64,000 nt of DNA from a bacterium (GCA_024278215.1 JAJRTR010000011.1:25583-89582), one strand, 5' to 3'; positions 9,699 through 19,300 are shown, counted from the first letter of the stretch. Notes: a model not told the origin generated them from the letters alone. Made by a program: numbers and translations.

Positions 9699-11188
9699 CA
9701 GTACTCACTCCCTTCGGTCGAATAGAGGCAGACCTTATTGCGACCCTCGGCTTTTGCTTTGTACAGCGCCTCGTCGGCCTTTGCTATCAGGTCAAGTCTA
9801 TTTGCGATGTCGTCGTCAGGGTGCCCGGCGACTCCCAGGCTTGCCTTTACGTGCAGTATTTCGTCTTTGTGTTTAAACTCGAAGCTCTCCAGAGAACTCC
9901 TTATTCTTTCCGCGACAACAGTTGCGTTTTTCTTGGGTGTTTCAGGCAGGATCACGGCAAATTCCTCGCCGCCGTACCTTGCCGCCAGGTCGATGTCCCT
10001 TACACATCTTTTCAGTATAAGAGCGATACCTTTCAAAATCATGTCTCCCTGCTGGTGTCCATAAGTATCGTTGAAATTTTTAAAATGATCTATATCGAGC
10101 AGGATCAGCGAAAGCGAGAGGTTGAATCGCCTTGCGCGGCTGTACTCTTTTTCGAGTTGTTCCTGGAAATACCGGTGGTTATGCAGTCCGGTCAGGCCGT
10201 CGGCTATTGCGTATCTTTTTATTCTTTCATACATTCTCAAATTGTCGAGGACAATCTGCGACTGGCCTGTGATGATATTGCACATTTCGATTTCGTCGTC
10301 CGAGAAAGGCCCCTGTTTGCCGCGGGCCATGGTATACATGCCGTACTTCTCTCCCTGCGATTCCAGCATAGCCATCTTGAGTCCGCGTATGGTGGTGCTG
10401 CCGTCGTCTTTGAGCATGTTGTGGTCCGGGTCATTCACCTCCACCTCGACATTGTCCCATTGTATATTGGTGATGCCGGAATTCTTTTTGTATTCGTTGA
10501 TCATGCTTTTTCTTGCTTCTTTGAAAAACTCTCTTGCCAGGGGGTTCTTGATGAAAACGAAAAGTTTGATCCTGTCCTCGTCGGTGATCAGGAAAATAGC
10601 GAGGTCGAAGTCGATGACGGAGGCGTAGAGGTCCGCGAGATAGCCACAGGTCGTGGGCAGGTCGTCGCGTCCTATTGCTATCTGATGAATCCTGTTTATC
10701 AGAGACATTTTGAAGAGTTGCGTTTCCTGAAGTTCACCCGCTTTGAAAATGACATCTTTTTCCTCGTCCAGTTCGATTTCAGGTAACGGTTTCGCGGGTT
10801 TCGGCTTTATTACCGCCACTTTTTTCACGCTTTCGAGAAGTTCTTCAACTTTATCCAGCAGGTCGTCGGGGTCGAACGGTTTGGTGAGATACTCGGTGGC
10901 GCCTGTTTCCATGCCCCAGTACTGGTCTTTCTTCTGGTCCCTTGCCGTGAGCATGACAATAGGCAACTCGGCGAAGTTCGGATCATTGCGCAGCATGCGG
11001 CAGACCTGCAAACCGCTGAGGTTCGGCATGTCGATGTCGAGAAAAAGGAGATCAAAATCCTTTTCCCGTATGACCTCCAGCCCCTGCACTCCGTCCGGAG
11101 CCGTCGTCACGCTGTAGCCGGCGCTCACAAGCACTTCCTCGAGCGATTTTCTTATTACCGGACTGTCGTCAACTACCAGTATATTCAT
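9698..11188 (-). CDS. Response-regulator diguanylate cyclase (REC + GAF-like + GGDEF), WspR-like
   Basis: N-terminal REC (ILVVDDSPVIRK...DIDMPNLSG). C-terminal GGDEF domain with an intact active site (RYGGEEFAV). Central GAF-like region. Confidence 0.8.
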   Translation of the reverse strand: MNILVVDDSPVIRKSLEEVLVSAGYSVTTAPDGVQGLEVIREKDFDLLFLDIDMPNLSGLQVCRMLRNDPNFAELPIVMLTARDQKKDQYWGMETGATEYLTKPFDPDDLLDKVEELLESVKKVAVIKPKPAKPLPEIELDEEKDVIFKAGELQETQLFKMSLINRIHQIAIGRDDLPTTCGYLADLYASVIDFDLAIFLITDEDRIKLFVFIKNPLAREFFKEARKSMINEYKKNSGITNIQWDNVEVEVNDPDHNMLKDDGSTTIRGLKMAMLESQGEKYGMYTMARGKQGPFSDDEIEMCNIITGQSQIVLDNLRMYERIKRYAIADGLTGLHNHRYFQEQLEKEYSRARRFNLSLSLILLDIDHFKNFNDTYGHQQGDMILKGIALILKRCVRDIDLAARYGGEEFAVILPETPKKNATVVAERIRSSLESFEFKHKDEILHVKASLGVAGHPDDDIANRLDLIAKADEALYKAKAEGRNKVCLYSTEGSEY

Positions 11189-11294
11189 TTGTCCCCAATA
11201 TAATATCCAGTGATATTACAACCCCTGCGATGTATGCACGAAGAAAAATCATTTCTTCCTTCGCCCACATGCAGTTATTCCTGCTTGTGCGTAT

Positions 11295-11474
11295 GAGCCA
11301 ATTGCAAAATTCTGATTCGGCTGCGGTCGGCTGCAATTGTCCATAGCTGCGTTGTCGGCGCAAAATCATCCTCAACGTACTCCACGAGTACGCCTGCGGG
11401 GATTTTGCACTTCCGCCTTGCTTCTGAATAATTTCGTTCGACCTCGCTTCGAACATAATTTTGCAATTGGCTCG
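11295..11474 (-). mobile_element. MITE-like repeat, full copy A (~180 bp) with terminal inverted repeats GAGCCAATTGCAAAATT
   Basis: Near-identical to copies at 18101-18278 and 32940-33118, in opposite orientation. Flanked by a GTAT/GTAT direct repeat. Nested internal palindromes. Confidence 0.8.
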
Positions 11475-11507
11475 TATAAGTTCGCTTTTCGTTTGCTGTT
11501 TCCCCCA

Positions 11508-11780
11508 TCAATCCGCAGTTGCAGTCGCCTCTTCAGGTTCGATCGTATAGCCGCAATAGGGGCAGAACGGTTCATACTCACTGACGGGCTTTCCACATTT
11601 CACGCAGTCGAACTTTGCGATTTTTGTGGACTCGTGTTTCCCCTTTGCGTCGTCCACGCAGGTTCCGGATTCGTCTGCCGTATTCTCTCTCTTCGCTTTC
11701 AGATACCTGTTTGCCCCATAACCGATACCAAGAGCGGCGGCTGTTCCTGCGATGACAGCGAGCCAGGTGCGGTTCATCAT
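11508..11780 (-). CDS. Small membrane-anchored zinc-ribbon protein
   Basis: N-terminal hydrophobic segment; C4 ribbon CVKCGKPV...CPYCGY. ATGA overlap with the upstream TPR protein gene. Confidence 0.55.
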   Translation of the reverse strand: MMNRTWLAVIAGTAAALGIGYGANRYLKAKRENTADESGTCVDDAKGKHESTKIAKFDCVKCGKPVSEYEPFCPYCGYTIEPEEATATAD

Positions 11781-14700
11781 TCTCTCCTTCCCCTGCCCCG
11801 TTTGTTTTTAGCGCCCTGCATCAGCCTGCATTTTTCCCGGAGCACATTCCTTTTCGCCGCCGCCGCCTGGTAACTCGGGTCATGTTCAAGAATCCGCTCG
11901 AACTGCTTCATCGCCGAGCAATAGTCCTGCTTCTGTTCGAACGCCTGCCCGTATGAGAACAGGGCGTCCGTGTCGCTTGGTTTAATCACAAGCAGTTTCT
12001 CGAGATCACTTATCGCCTGGTTTATTTCCGATTCCGCTGTCTGCAGATCGTTCCTTTTCTCGGCGCGTTCCGAGTTCTGGATGTGTATGTTCGCCATCTT
12101 ATTGAGAATTCCAGGCCTTTCCGGGTCGACAGCGTGTGCTTTCATGCCGGCTTCGATAGCTTTTGCGTAATTGTTGTTGTTCTCATATTGTAATGCCTGC
12201 CGGTAGTACCACTGGTATATAACGATCTTATGTGTGAATATGTATAATATTCCCATGCCCATCAGAAATACTACGAGCAACCCGATTTTAATTATCTTGG
12301 GCATGAGTTGCTCCATTTCGACCATGGCCTTCTTTCCGACCTCTATCTCGAATGTTGGGATTGCATAAGGATTATCTTCTCCGTCATCAATATATGTCTC
12401 AATGTCTTCTTCATAAGTATCTTCAGCAGTGGTATTTTCAACAGCGTATTGATCGTCCGTCATGGTCTGATCGTCCATAGCTGCTCCTTCCTGTGAGTAG
12501 TCCGGCAGCGCTGCTTCAGGCTGGTAATCAGGCTGTTCCCCGGGCATAGGCGGCGGACCGTCCGGCTGCGTAGAATCCGGTTCCTCGAAAGCGGGAGCAG
12601 GCGCGACCGGCATTTGCGGCGCGAAGTCCTCGCCTGCCGTTGTATAGTCCGGCCCGGCGGCGGGAGGCGGCGCGAAATCGTCAGCAGGCATAGCAGGCGC
12701 TTCCGGATAATCCGCCGGTTCGGTATAGTCTCCCGCGGGCACCGGGGGCGGCGGTTCGTCGGGGCCGCCGCCTGTTTGACTCGCGAGAAACGCCTGCGGG
12801 TCCTCTATGCCGCCGGGCGCGGAGACATAGTCGTTGTCAACCGCCGGTGCGACAGGTTCCGTGTAGCTCTCTTCGCTGTATTCTTCCTGGTATTCCGGTG
12901 CCGGCTCTTCATATATTTCCGCCGGCTGATCGCCATACACCGCAGGGTCGGTATATTCAGGCTCGTAGTCCGCACCGGCATCCTGCGCATGCTGCGCCGC
13001 ATATCCGGCGGATGAATCTATTGTTGTCAGTATTGCTTTTCTGATAGAGAAATCTCCGACGTTTGGATTCGACGCCGTAATCGTTATCGAGTCGCCGATC
13101 GATGACGGCGCTGTATATGATGTCGTAACTTCTCCGTTATCGTCGCTAAGGGTCTGCGCCTGCTCGCCGAGTGCGCCGGGAGCGCCTGTGTATCCATCCA
13201 TCGAGATCGCAACGAATTCGCCGGGTACGGGATTATCGAATGTATCGGTTATTCTTGCAGCAATATCTATTGTTTCGCCGGGTTCGAGTTCGAGTTTCGG
13301 CGCGATTATTTCTATCATTTCGGGTGCGCCGGGCGCGACATTTATTGTTATACTGTCAGCGGTCGCGCCCGATGAAATATTTACCGTAAAGCTGCCGCAT
13401 GTGCCGGAGGTTTTTACATGTGCCACGGCTTCTCCCGAAAGATCGGGCTCGACATCCACGAAGCGTCCGCTTTCCACGCCGCCCGGCGCGAGCATGACTG
13501 CCGCCGCACCCGGGCCTATATCTTCGATCAGTTCAAACCTTACTATGTCCGACGACGGCGCTCCGTCACTGTGCTTCGCGGTTATTTTGATCGGTACTAC
13601 CTCTCCCGCACAGCAGGCAAGAGATTCATCGGGTTTTATGAAATATATATCGCCGCCCGTAGCCTGTACCTGCTCCTGCGGCGGAGAAAACATATCCGGT
13701 TCAGAATAGTCTTTTGTCGGCTCGAACGCCGGTTCCGAATCATCGGGCAGCGGGAATGAATTGTCGAATTGCGCGGTCGGCTGCGGTTCGTCGAATGAAG
13801 GTTCTTCAACTGCGGTTGAATATTGGTCTTCGCCGGGCTGTGTGTCGTCAGGGAGTACGAACAAGTCATCAGGCGCAGCATCGGCAACCGGTTCCGTATA
13901 GGTATTTGACGGGGCGGTCAGCTCATCCGCACCGGCATCAACAACGTCGAATTGATCCTGTGGCGGCGCAGCTTCCTCGTCGAGCATCGAGCCGAGCACA
14001 TCGAGAGTGCTGCCGCCGGGCACCGGTTCAGCATGTGCGGGAGGGGCGACAGGTGGAGACTCCGGAACGTCCGTATCGTCCGTATATGAGGACGCAGCGC
14101 CGGCGGCATCGTAGTCGAGGCTGTCGAACCCGCCTGCTTCTTCGTTTTCAGGCGCGAATTCATCGACAGTGGCGGGTTGGTCCGCGGGTGCGTAATCCTG
14201 CGAGGCGGTTTCTCCCGCCATATCCGGCAGTCCTGCGAGGCTGTCACCGCTCAGTTCCACATCGAGAAGATGTGGGTCGTGCGATGCGGGTGGCTCGTCG
14301 TCGAACTCACCGCCGAACTCGTCATATACGACTTCATCGGCTGTTTGCGAACTCTCTGCCCCGACTGTTTCCACACGGGACCGCGCTGTAATCGTTGCAG
14401 GCAGGTATTCGGACCGGGGCGCGAACACGGCGGTCGCCCCGGCAGTGCCGGGCGCTGTCACATTTACCGTAATTCCGCCGTCCATTCCCGTAGTTGCCGA
14501 AGATGCTTCTGAAAGCAGCCATTCGCCGCCACTGGATTCTTCTATTATGATCGTTGCCGGGACGCCGTCTATCGGGTTGTCGTACTCGTCTAGCAGTCTC
14601 ATCTTTATCGCGAATTGTTGTCCGGGCACAACCGTTGTTTCGGCAGGGATGAACATCGCAAAGTTCGCTTGTCCGGGTACAACATTGAATTCGACATTGT

Positions 14701-15781
14701 CTTCAAAACCGGTTGTTTTGCACGCTACTTCGAATCTGCACCTGGTGTGTCCGCGTGTCGGCATGCGGAATACGCGCGTGAGCCGGCCGGTACCGTCGGT
14801 TTTTATATTATCATTATCTACGACTTCCCACTCGGTCTTTGTCTGCATCTGCAACGACAACGCCAGTTCGGTATCCGCAACCGGATTATCGAATTCATCG
14901 TAAGCCTCGATGCGGAATTCGACTTCCTGCGCTGTCCGGTACTGGTTGCCGCGCGGTGAAATCTCCACCCTTGCAATATCCGCCGCGTGTGTATTGTCTT
15001 CGAAAAACTGAGGCGGAAGTTCATCGGTTTTTATTTCTATTTTGTTCGAGCCTGCAATCTTTGATCTTCTGAAGAATATCTTTGCTTTTCCGTCGTTGTC
15101 GGTTTTCAGGTGGAGTTCGTCGGGGCCCTGTTCGGCGTTCGCGCGCTCGGGAGTCAGGGCGATGAAGGCATCCTGAAGTCCCTGGTCGCAAACCAGTTTG
15201 AAGCATACAGTTGCCTGGGCGACGGGGATGTCCCTGTCGCCCAGAACAGTTGCGGACACGGAGTCATAGGACCATACACGTGAGGAAATGTTTTCCAGGG
15301 CAGGTTCGATGATAAGTTTTACAGGCTTAAGGCCGACCTGGCCGCGCGGCCTGTCGATGGCGGGCCTTGTGGCAAGGTCCACCGGGGAACCTTCCGCCGG
15401 TGCGGCTATTCCTGATGCGGCGGTGATTCCCGGGTCGAGATTCTGATCGTTGCCGGTGGCGCCGTCTTTGTCTGAAGCGGATTTCTTGTATTCCGCTACT
15501 GCCTTGCCCAGCGGTCCCGAAAGGAGCGAATCGAGTCCGGCATCAATATGTTGTGTCGCATAAGATGTGTTCAGTTCGATCGCTTTCTTGTACATCTGAT
15601 AAGCTTCGTCTTCGAGTTTTTTTTCTTCGAGGGTTTCAGCAAGATGATAATAGGCAGCCGAATACTCCGGCTCGAGGTTGATCGCCTTCCGGAAATTGGC
15701 TATAGCCTCGTTGTATTTCTGATCCTTGGTCAATGTGTTGCCAAGTGTGTGAAATTTTACTGCCCGTGGGTCAAGAGACAT
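11777..15781 (-). CDS. Giant TPR-repeat membrane protein with Ig-like (Big) domains and a ~400-aa acidic Pro/Tyr-rich disordered region
   Basis: 1334 aa. N- and C-terminal TPR motifs, several Big-like beta domains, a single TM near the C-terminal TPR block, and an extreme D/E/P/Y-rich low-complexity core. Confidence 0.7.
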   Translation of the reverse strand: MSLDPRAVKFHTLGNTLTKDQKYNEAIANFRKAINLEPEYSAAYYHLAETLEEKKLEDEAYQMYKKAIELNTSYATQHIDAGLDSLLSGPLGKAVAEYKKSASDKDGATGNDQNLDPGITAASGIAAPAEGSPVDLATRPAIDRPRGQVGLKPVKLIIEPALENISSRVWSYDSVSATVLGDRDIPVAQATVCFKLVCDQGLQDAFIALTPERANAEQGPDELHLKTDNDGKAKIFFRRSKIAGSNKIEIKTDELPPQFFEDNTHAADIARVEISPRGNQYRTAQEVEFRIEAYDEFDNPVADTELALSLQMQTKTEWEVVDNDNIKTDGTGRLTRVFRMPTRGHTRCRFEVACKTTGFEDNVEFNVVPGQANFAMFIPAETTVVPGQQFAIKMRLLDEYDNPIDGVPATIIIEESSGGEWLLSEASSATTGMDGGITVNVTAPGTAGATAVFAPRSEYLPATITARSRVETVGAESSQTADEVVYDEFGGEFDDEPPASHDPHLLDVELSGDSLAGLPDMAGETASQDYAPADQPATVDEFAPENEEAGGFDSLDYDAAGAASSYTDDTDVPESPPVAPPAHAEPVPGGSTLDVLGSMLDEEAAPPQDQFDVVDAGADELTAPSNTYTEPVADAAPDDLFVLPDDTQPGEDQYSTAVEEPSFDEPQPTAQFDNSFPLPDDSEPAFEPTKDYSEPDMFSPPQEQVQATGGDIYFIKPDESLACCAGEVVPIKITAKHSDGAPSSDIVRFELIEDIGPGAAAVMLAPGGVESGRFVDVEPDLSGEAVAHVKTSGTCGSFTVNISSGATADSITINVAPGAPEMIEIIAPKLELEPGETIDIAARITDTFDNPVPGEFVAISMDGYTGAPGALGEQAQTLSDDNGEVTTSYTAPSSIGDSITITASNPNVGDFSIRKAILTTIDSSAGYAAQHAQDAGADYEPEYTDPAVYGDQPAEIYEEPAPEYQEEYSEESYTEPVAPAVDNDYVSAPGGIEDPQAFLASQTGGGPDEPPPPVPAGDYTEPADYPEAPAMPADDFAPPPAAGPDYTTAGEDFAPQMPVAPAPAFEEPDSTQPDGPPPMPGEQPDYQPEAALPDYSQEGAAMDDQTMTDDQYAVENTTAEDTYEEDIETYIDDGEDNPYAIPTFEIEVGKKAMVEMEQLMPKIIKIGLLVVFLMGMGILYIFTHKIVIYQWYYRQALQYENNNNYAKAIEAGMKAHAVDPERPGILNKMANIHIQNSERAEKRNDLQTAESEINQAISDLEKLLVIKPSDTDALFSYGQAFEQKQDYCSAMKQFERILEHDPSYQAAAAKRNVLREKCRLMQGAKNKRGRGRRE

Positions 15782-15789
15782 GTTCTGTT

Positions 15790-17220
15790 TTACGCCCTCC
15801 TGCGTTCATACGATGATGGAATTCTCAGTTCTTCTCTGTACTTTGCGACAGTTCTTCGGGCAAGTTTGATGCCTTTCTCAAGCAAAATATCGCGTATGCG
15901 ATTATCTGAAATAGGCTTCTTCGCATCCTCGTTGAAGATGAGGTTTTTTATATATTCCTTAGGCCGGATGGAAGAGTCGAAAAAGAAATCGAAACTGAAT
16001 ATTTCGCCCGATGGAACCCGGATGAATTTTCCCGACATTGCCCTTGAAACCGTCGATTCGTGCAGTTCGATTTTTTCCGCGAGCCGTCCTTGCGTCAGTT
16101 CAGTATTGAAATTGGGTAATCCCTTAATGAGGAATTCCGCCTGCTCCTCACATATCGCTTTTGCTATTTTGTCGAGTGTCTGCTTCCTCTGCTCGATGCT
16201 GTCCTGGTAGAACTTTGCGCGCCTGAAATATTCTCGGACATGGCTCATGTCTTTTCGAGTTATCTCTGTATTGCCCTGCTTGTATGACCTGTACATGTCG
16301 AGATATGTGCTGTTTATCCTGAGCCTGAAATCCGCAAGTTCGAGAACTTCATAGCTGAGCGCCTTTCCGTCATACCGTATCTCTATCGCCGGTTTTGCCA
16401 GTTGCACAGCATCGGTGCTGCGGCCCATATAAGCACGGCCCGGATAAGGGTTCAGGTTTCTGCGTATGAAATCAAGTGTTTCCCTGACACGGCTGACGGG
16501 CACTTCAAGTTCCGTGGCGATTCTCTCATATCTATTTTTTCCGAGGTTTTCGAAGTGCTGATCGATTATCCTTTCCGCGAGTTCGCAGCCTTTTCCTTCC
16601 TCGGCCAGTACGTTCAACTGTATCAGAAGCGCTTCGCGTGCGTCGCGCGCCCCGACACCCGCAGGCTCCAGCGTCTGGATCACTTTCACCACTTCATCAA
16701 TCACCTCGGGCGTGGTCTCAAACATATCGGCAATTGCTGTTTCATCATACGTGAGGAACCCGTCTTCGCTGATCGAGTGCACCAGGAATTCGCCTAGTTC
16801 TTTTGTGCCTTCAGGATATTCGGACGCAAGGAAATTGAGTGTGAGATAATCTCTGAATGAAGTCTCGCGCGATGTGAAACTGGTAAAAGATGTCGCGTCT
16901 TCTCTCTCGCCGATCGGCCCCTCGTAGGGTGCGCTGTCGCCGTCATATTCCATAATTCTCTGCTGGATGAATTGCTCTGTCTGTTCCTCCTCCAGATTGT
17001 CTTTCCTTCCGCAATGTTCGCATCGTGTGCCGTTCATGGGTCTTCCGCAGTGAGGGCATGTAACGATATTTTCGATCTCGAGGGCCGGGTTCTCGCTCAG
17101 TTCCTTCTGTATCTCCTGCACAAGCTCGATTACCGGCATCTGCAAAAGCTGCTGCGATTGGATAAACTGCGGACTAAGGGTTTGTATCTGCTTAAGCGAT
17201 GTGACCAGCTTGATTTCCAA
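15790..17220 (-). CDS. rpoN: RNA polymerase sigma-54 factor RpoN
   Basis: Gln-rich region I; region III; C-terminal RpoN box ARRTVAKYRE. Contains an unusual C4 zinc-ribbon (CPHC...CEHC) in region II. Confidence 0.85.
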   Translation of the reverse strand: MEIKLVTSLKQIQTLSPQFIQSQQLLQMPVIELVQEIQKELSENPALEIENIVTCPHCGRPMNGTRCEHCGRKDNLEEEQTEQFIQQRIMEYDGDSAPYEGPIGEREDATSFTSFTSRETSFRDYLTLNFLASEYPEGTKELGEFLVHSISEDGFLTYDETAIADMFETTPEVIDEVVKVIQTLEPAGVGARDAREALLIQLNVLAEEGKGCELAERIIDQHFENLGKNRYERIATELEVPVSRVRETLDFIRRNLNPYPGRAYMGRSTDAVQLAKPAIEIRYDGKALSYEVLELADFRLRINSTYLDMYRSYKQGNTEITRKDMSHVREYFRRAKFYQDSIEQRKQTLDKIAKAICEEQAEFLIKGLPNFNTELTQGRLAEKIELHESTVSRAMSGKFIRVPSGEIFSFDFFFDSSIRPKEYIKNLIFNEDAKKPISDNRIRDILLEKGIKLARRTVAKYREELRIPSSYERRRA

Positions 17221-17512
17221 GACGCCTGCTCCGGTTCCCTTACATGCAAAACTAATTAAGTTTTATGAACTTAATCATTAGATATATATACACACATCAT
17301 GCTGTCGGCTAAACATAATTCTACAAAACACATGCCATCCGATCAAGCTTTATTATGATTTATACATACGGAATTACTGTATTTTCCCTGCATTCAGGAT
17401 GATCTTTCGTTATGTTACGTCGCCTCCGCGCTGTAATCCGGGAAATCATTTATACGAATCGGATTGCCCCGGTATCGGGAAAAAGATAAAATATATGTGA
17501 CACAATTGTCGA

Positions 17513-17558
17513 CAATTGCAGCCGACCGCAGCCGAATCAGAATATTGCAATCGGCTCA
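17513..17558 (+). mobile_element. Solo 3'-end fragment of the MITE-like repeat
   Basis: caattgcagccgaccgcagccgaatcagaatattgcaatcggctc matches the last ~45 bp of the full copies. Confidence 0.65.
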
Positions 17559-17578
17559 AGGAAAATGAGGCACGATCT

Positions 17579-17995
17579 ATGGATGGAGTTTCCAGGTTCA
17601 GCGTTTCAATACCGCATGATCTTCTCGGGAAGTTTGACATGTACCTGAAGGAAAAAAGGTATCAGACACGGTCCGAGGGCATCAGGGACCTGATGCGTAA
17701 TGCCCTGATTGCAGAAGAATGGGATGACCCCGCGGCGGAAGTAATGGGTACGATATCAATTGTATACGATCATCACACGAGAGAACTTGATGAAAAATTG
17801 AAAGAGATACAACACGCCCATTATGAAGGGATAATTTCCACGACGCATGTGCATGTGGATCATCATAACTGTTTCGAGGTCATGCTGGTTCGCGGCCGGG
17901 CGGATGCCATCCGCAAGATCGGCAATATGCTCATCAGCGCCAGGGGCGTCAAGGTGGGCAGGATCACACTTTTAAGCACTGGAAAGAACATTTAA
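17579..17995 (+). CDS. nikR: Nickel-responsive transcriptional regulator NikR (RHH + C-terminal metal-binding domain)
   Basis: RHH motif FSVSIPHDLLGKFD; C-terminal His/Cys motifs (HHTREL, HAHYEG, HVHVDHHNCFEV). The ORF-track start at 17516 lies inside the MITE fragment, so the start is more likely the Met at 17579. Confidence 0.75.
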   Translation: MDGVSRFSVSIPHDLLGKFDMYLKEKRYQTRSEGIRDLMRNALIAEEWDDPAAEVMGTISIVYDHHTRELDEKLKEIQHAHYEGIISTTHVHVDHHNCFEVMLVRGRADAIRKIGNMLISARGVKVGRITLLSTGKNI

Positions 17996-18100
17996 AGAGA
18001 AAAAATCTTCAAACACGTTAAAATAGCATACTTTAGCGCACAATAGGATATTTATTTTACTCGACTATTTCGAACTTTCATAGTATTATATAGTCTAATA

Positions 18101-18278
18101 GAGCCAGTTGCAAAATTATGTTCGTAGCGAGGTCGAGCGAAATTGTTCAGAGCAAGGCGGAGGTGCAAAATCCTCGCAGGCGTACTTGTAAAGTACGTCG
18201 AGGACGATTTTATGCCGACAACGCAGCTATGGACAATAGCAGCCGACCGCAGCAGAACCAGAATTTTGCAATTGGCTC
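18101..18278 (+). mobile_element. MITE-like repeat, full copy B
   Basis: Terminal inverted repeats GAGCCAGTTGCAAAATT ... AATTTTGCAATTGGCTC. Flanked by a TAATA/TAATA direct repeat. Confidence 0.8.
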
Positions 18279-18352
18279 TAATAATATGTAAGATTTGCAA
18301 TGTGCTCGAAAGTGTGATGTTTGAATTATACGTTTTTCCGGGAGGATTCGGC

Positions 18353-19300
18353 ATGAAGAGAAACATCTGTATATCAATATTGATTATTTCATTATTGCTG
18401 GTTTTCGGGGCAAAATCGGCCAGGGTGTGTGCGACGGAATTCGAGGTGGCCACGGCCCCGGTTTCCGTAGCGGTGATCGACACCCGGACAGCAGTCGAAG
18501 ATATCACAAGAGCAAAAACAATGATCGAGTCGGAAAACGCGGGAGCAGATGAATTGAAAATGCTCATCGGACATGCAATGCACGTCCTGAGAGGTCCGTT
18601 GCCCAATGGAAAGGGCTATCATCTCGCTACGGTCGATATGGGCGACGATGTCGAGAACACGAACCTTATGAGCGTAAAGATCGACGCAATATGGGAACTC
18701 GGACAGAAGAAAACCATAACTGCCGAGTTGTCTTCGGTATATAAATTTATTATTTATTCACCGCTTCACAGGGGATTCTTCAAGAATAACGGTAACTTCT
18801 ACCTGGACTCCTACACTGTGGAATATACGATAAATGGAATCACCGAATCGAAGACTGTCGAGTACAAGGACTGGATTACAAGAGACAGCACACTTGAGGT
18901 TCCGCTTCCGGGAATAGCGGAATGGGCGAAGCTCGAACTGGTAGTCGGTGTCGAACCGGCGGACGTAAACAACGCGATTTTACAGATTTATGCCAGACAG
19001 CCTGTCGTGGACGATGACCCCAAGAATCCATTTTCGTATTCCATTTCGATGCTTGCCGAAGCGAAAGATAGAATCGAGATCGGCAGACGCCTCAAAGAAA
19101 TCGAGAAATTTCTCGACGAAGCCCTGCTCGGCATAAAAGTCGCAAAGACTTATGCCGCAGATGCGTCTGTTGTCGCCGGGGGACGTGGAATCTCCGTGCA
19201 GGAACTCGAACGTATCCTCTACTTGCTTGAAGGCAACGCGCTCGAAAACGATGAAGGTGTAGAGGAATTAAAAACACTGCTTGAGAAACAAAAGAAGTAA
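18353..19300 (+). CDS. Secreted hypothetical protein (signal peptide)
   Basis: Met at 18353 preceded by a GGAGGA RBS; N-terminal MKRNICISILIISLLLVFGA signal sequence. No recognisable domain. The upstream ORF-track extension runs through the MITE. Confidence 0.55.
   Translation: MKRNICISILIISLLLVFGAKSARVCATEFEVATAPVSVAVIDTRTAVEDITRAKTMIESENAGADELKMLIGHAMHVLRGPLPNGKGYHLATVDMGDDVENTNLMSVKIDAIWELGQKKTITAELSSVYKFIIYSPLHRGFFKNNGNFYLDSYTVEYTINGITESKTVEYKDWITRDSTLEVPLPGIAEWAKLELVVGVEPADVNNAILQIYARQPVVDDDPKNPFSYSISMLAEAKDRIEIGRRLKEIEKFLDEALLGIKVAKTYAADASVVAGGRGISVQELERILYLLEGNALENDEGVEELKTLLEKQKK

Noticed and set aside
8796-9725. 309-aa ORF on the plus strand
   Set aside because: Antisense to cheR/cheY, which have clear homology.
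11275-11511. 78-aa ORF (also 32938-33180 and the N-terminus of 18143-19300) encoding a ...VLVEYVEDDFAPTTQLWTIAADRSRIRILQLA peptide
   Set aside because: The identical peptide arises only because these ORFs lie inside copies of the MITE-like repeat. There is no RBS or conserved start, and the reading frame is broken in other copies.
18052-18606. 184-aa ORF on the minus strand
   Set aside because: It spans the MITE and runs antisense to the signal peptide region of the secreted protein. No homology.
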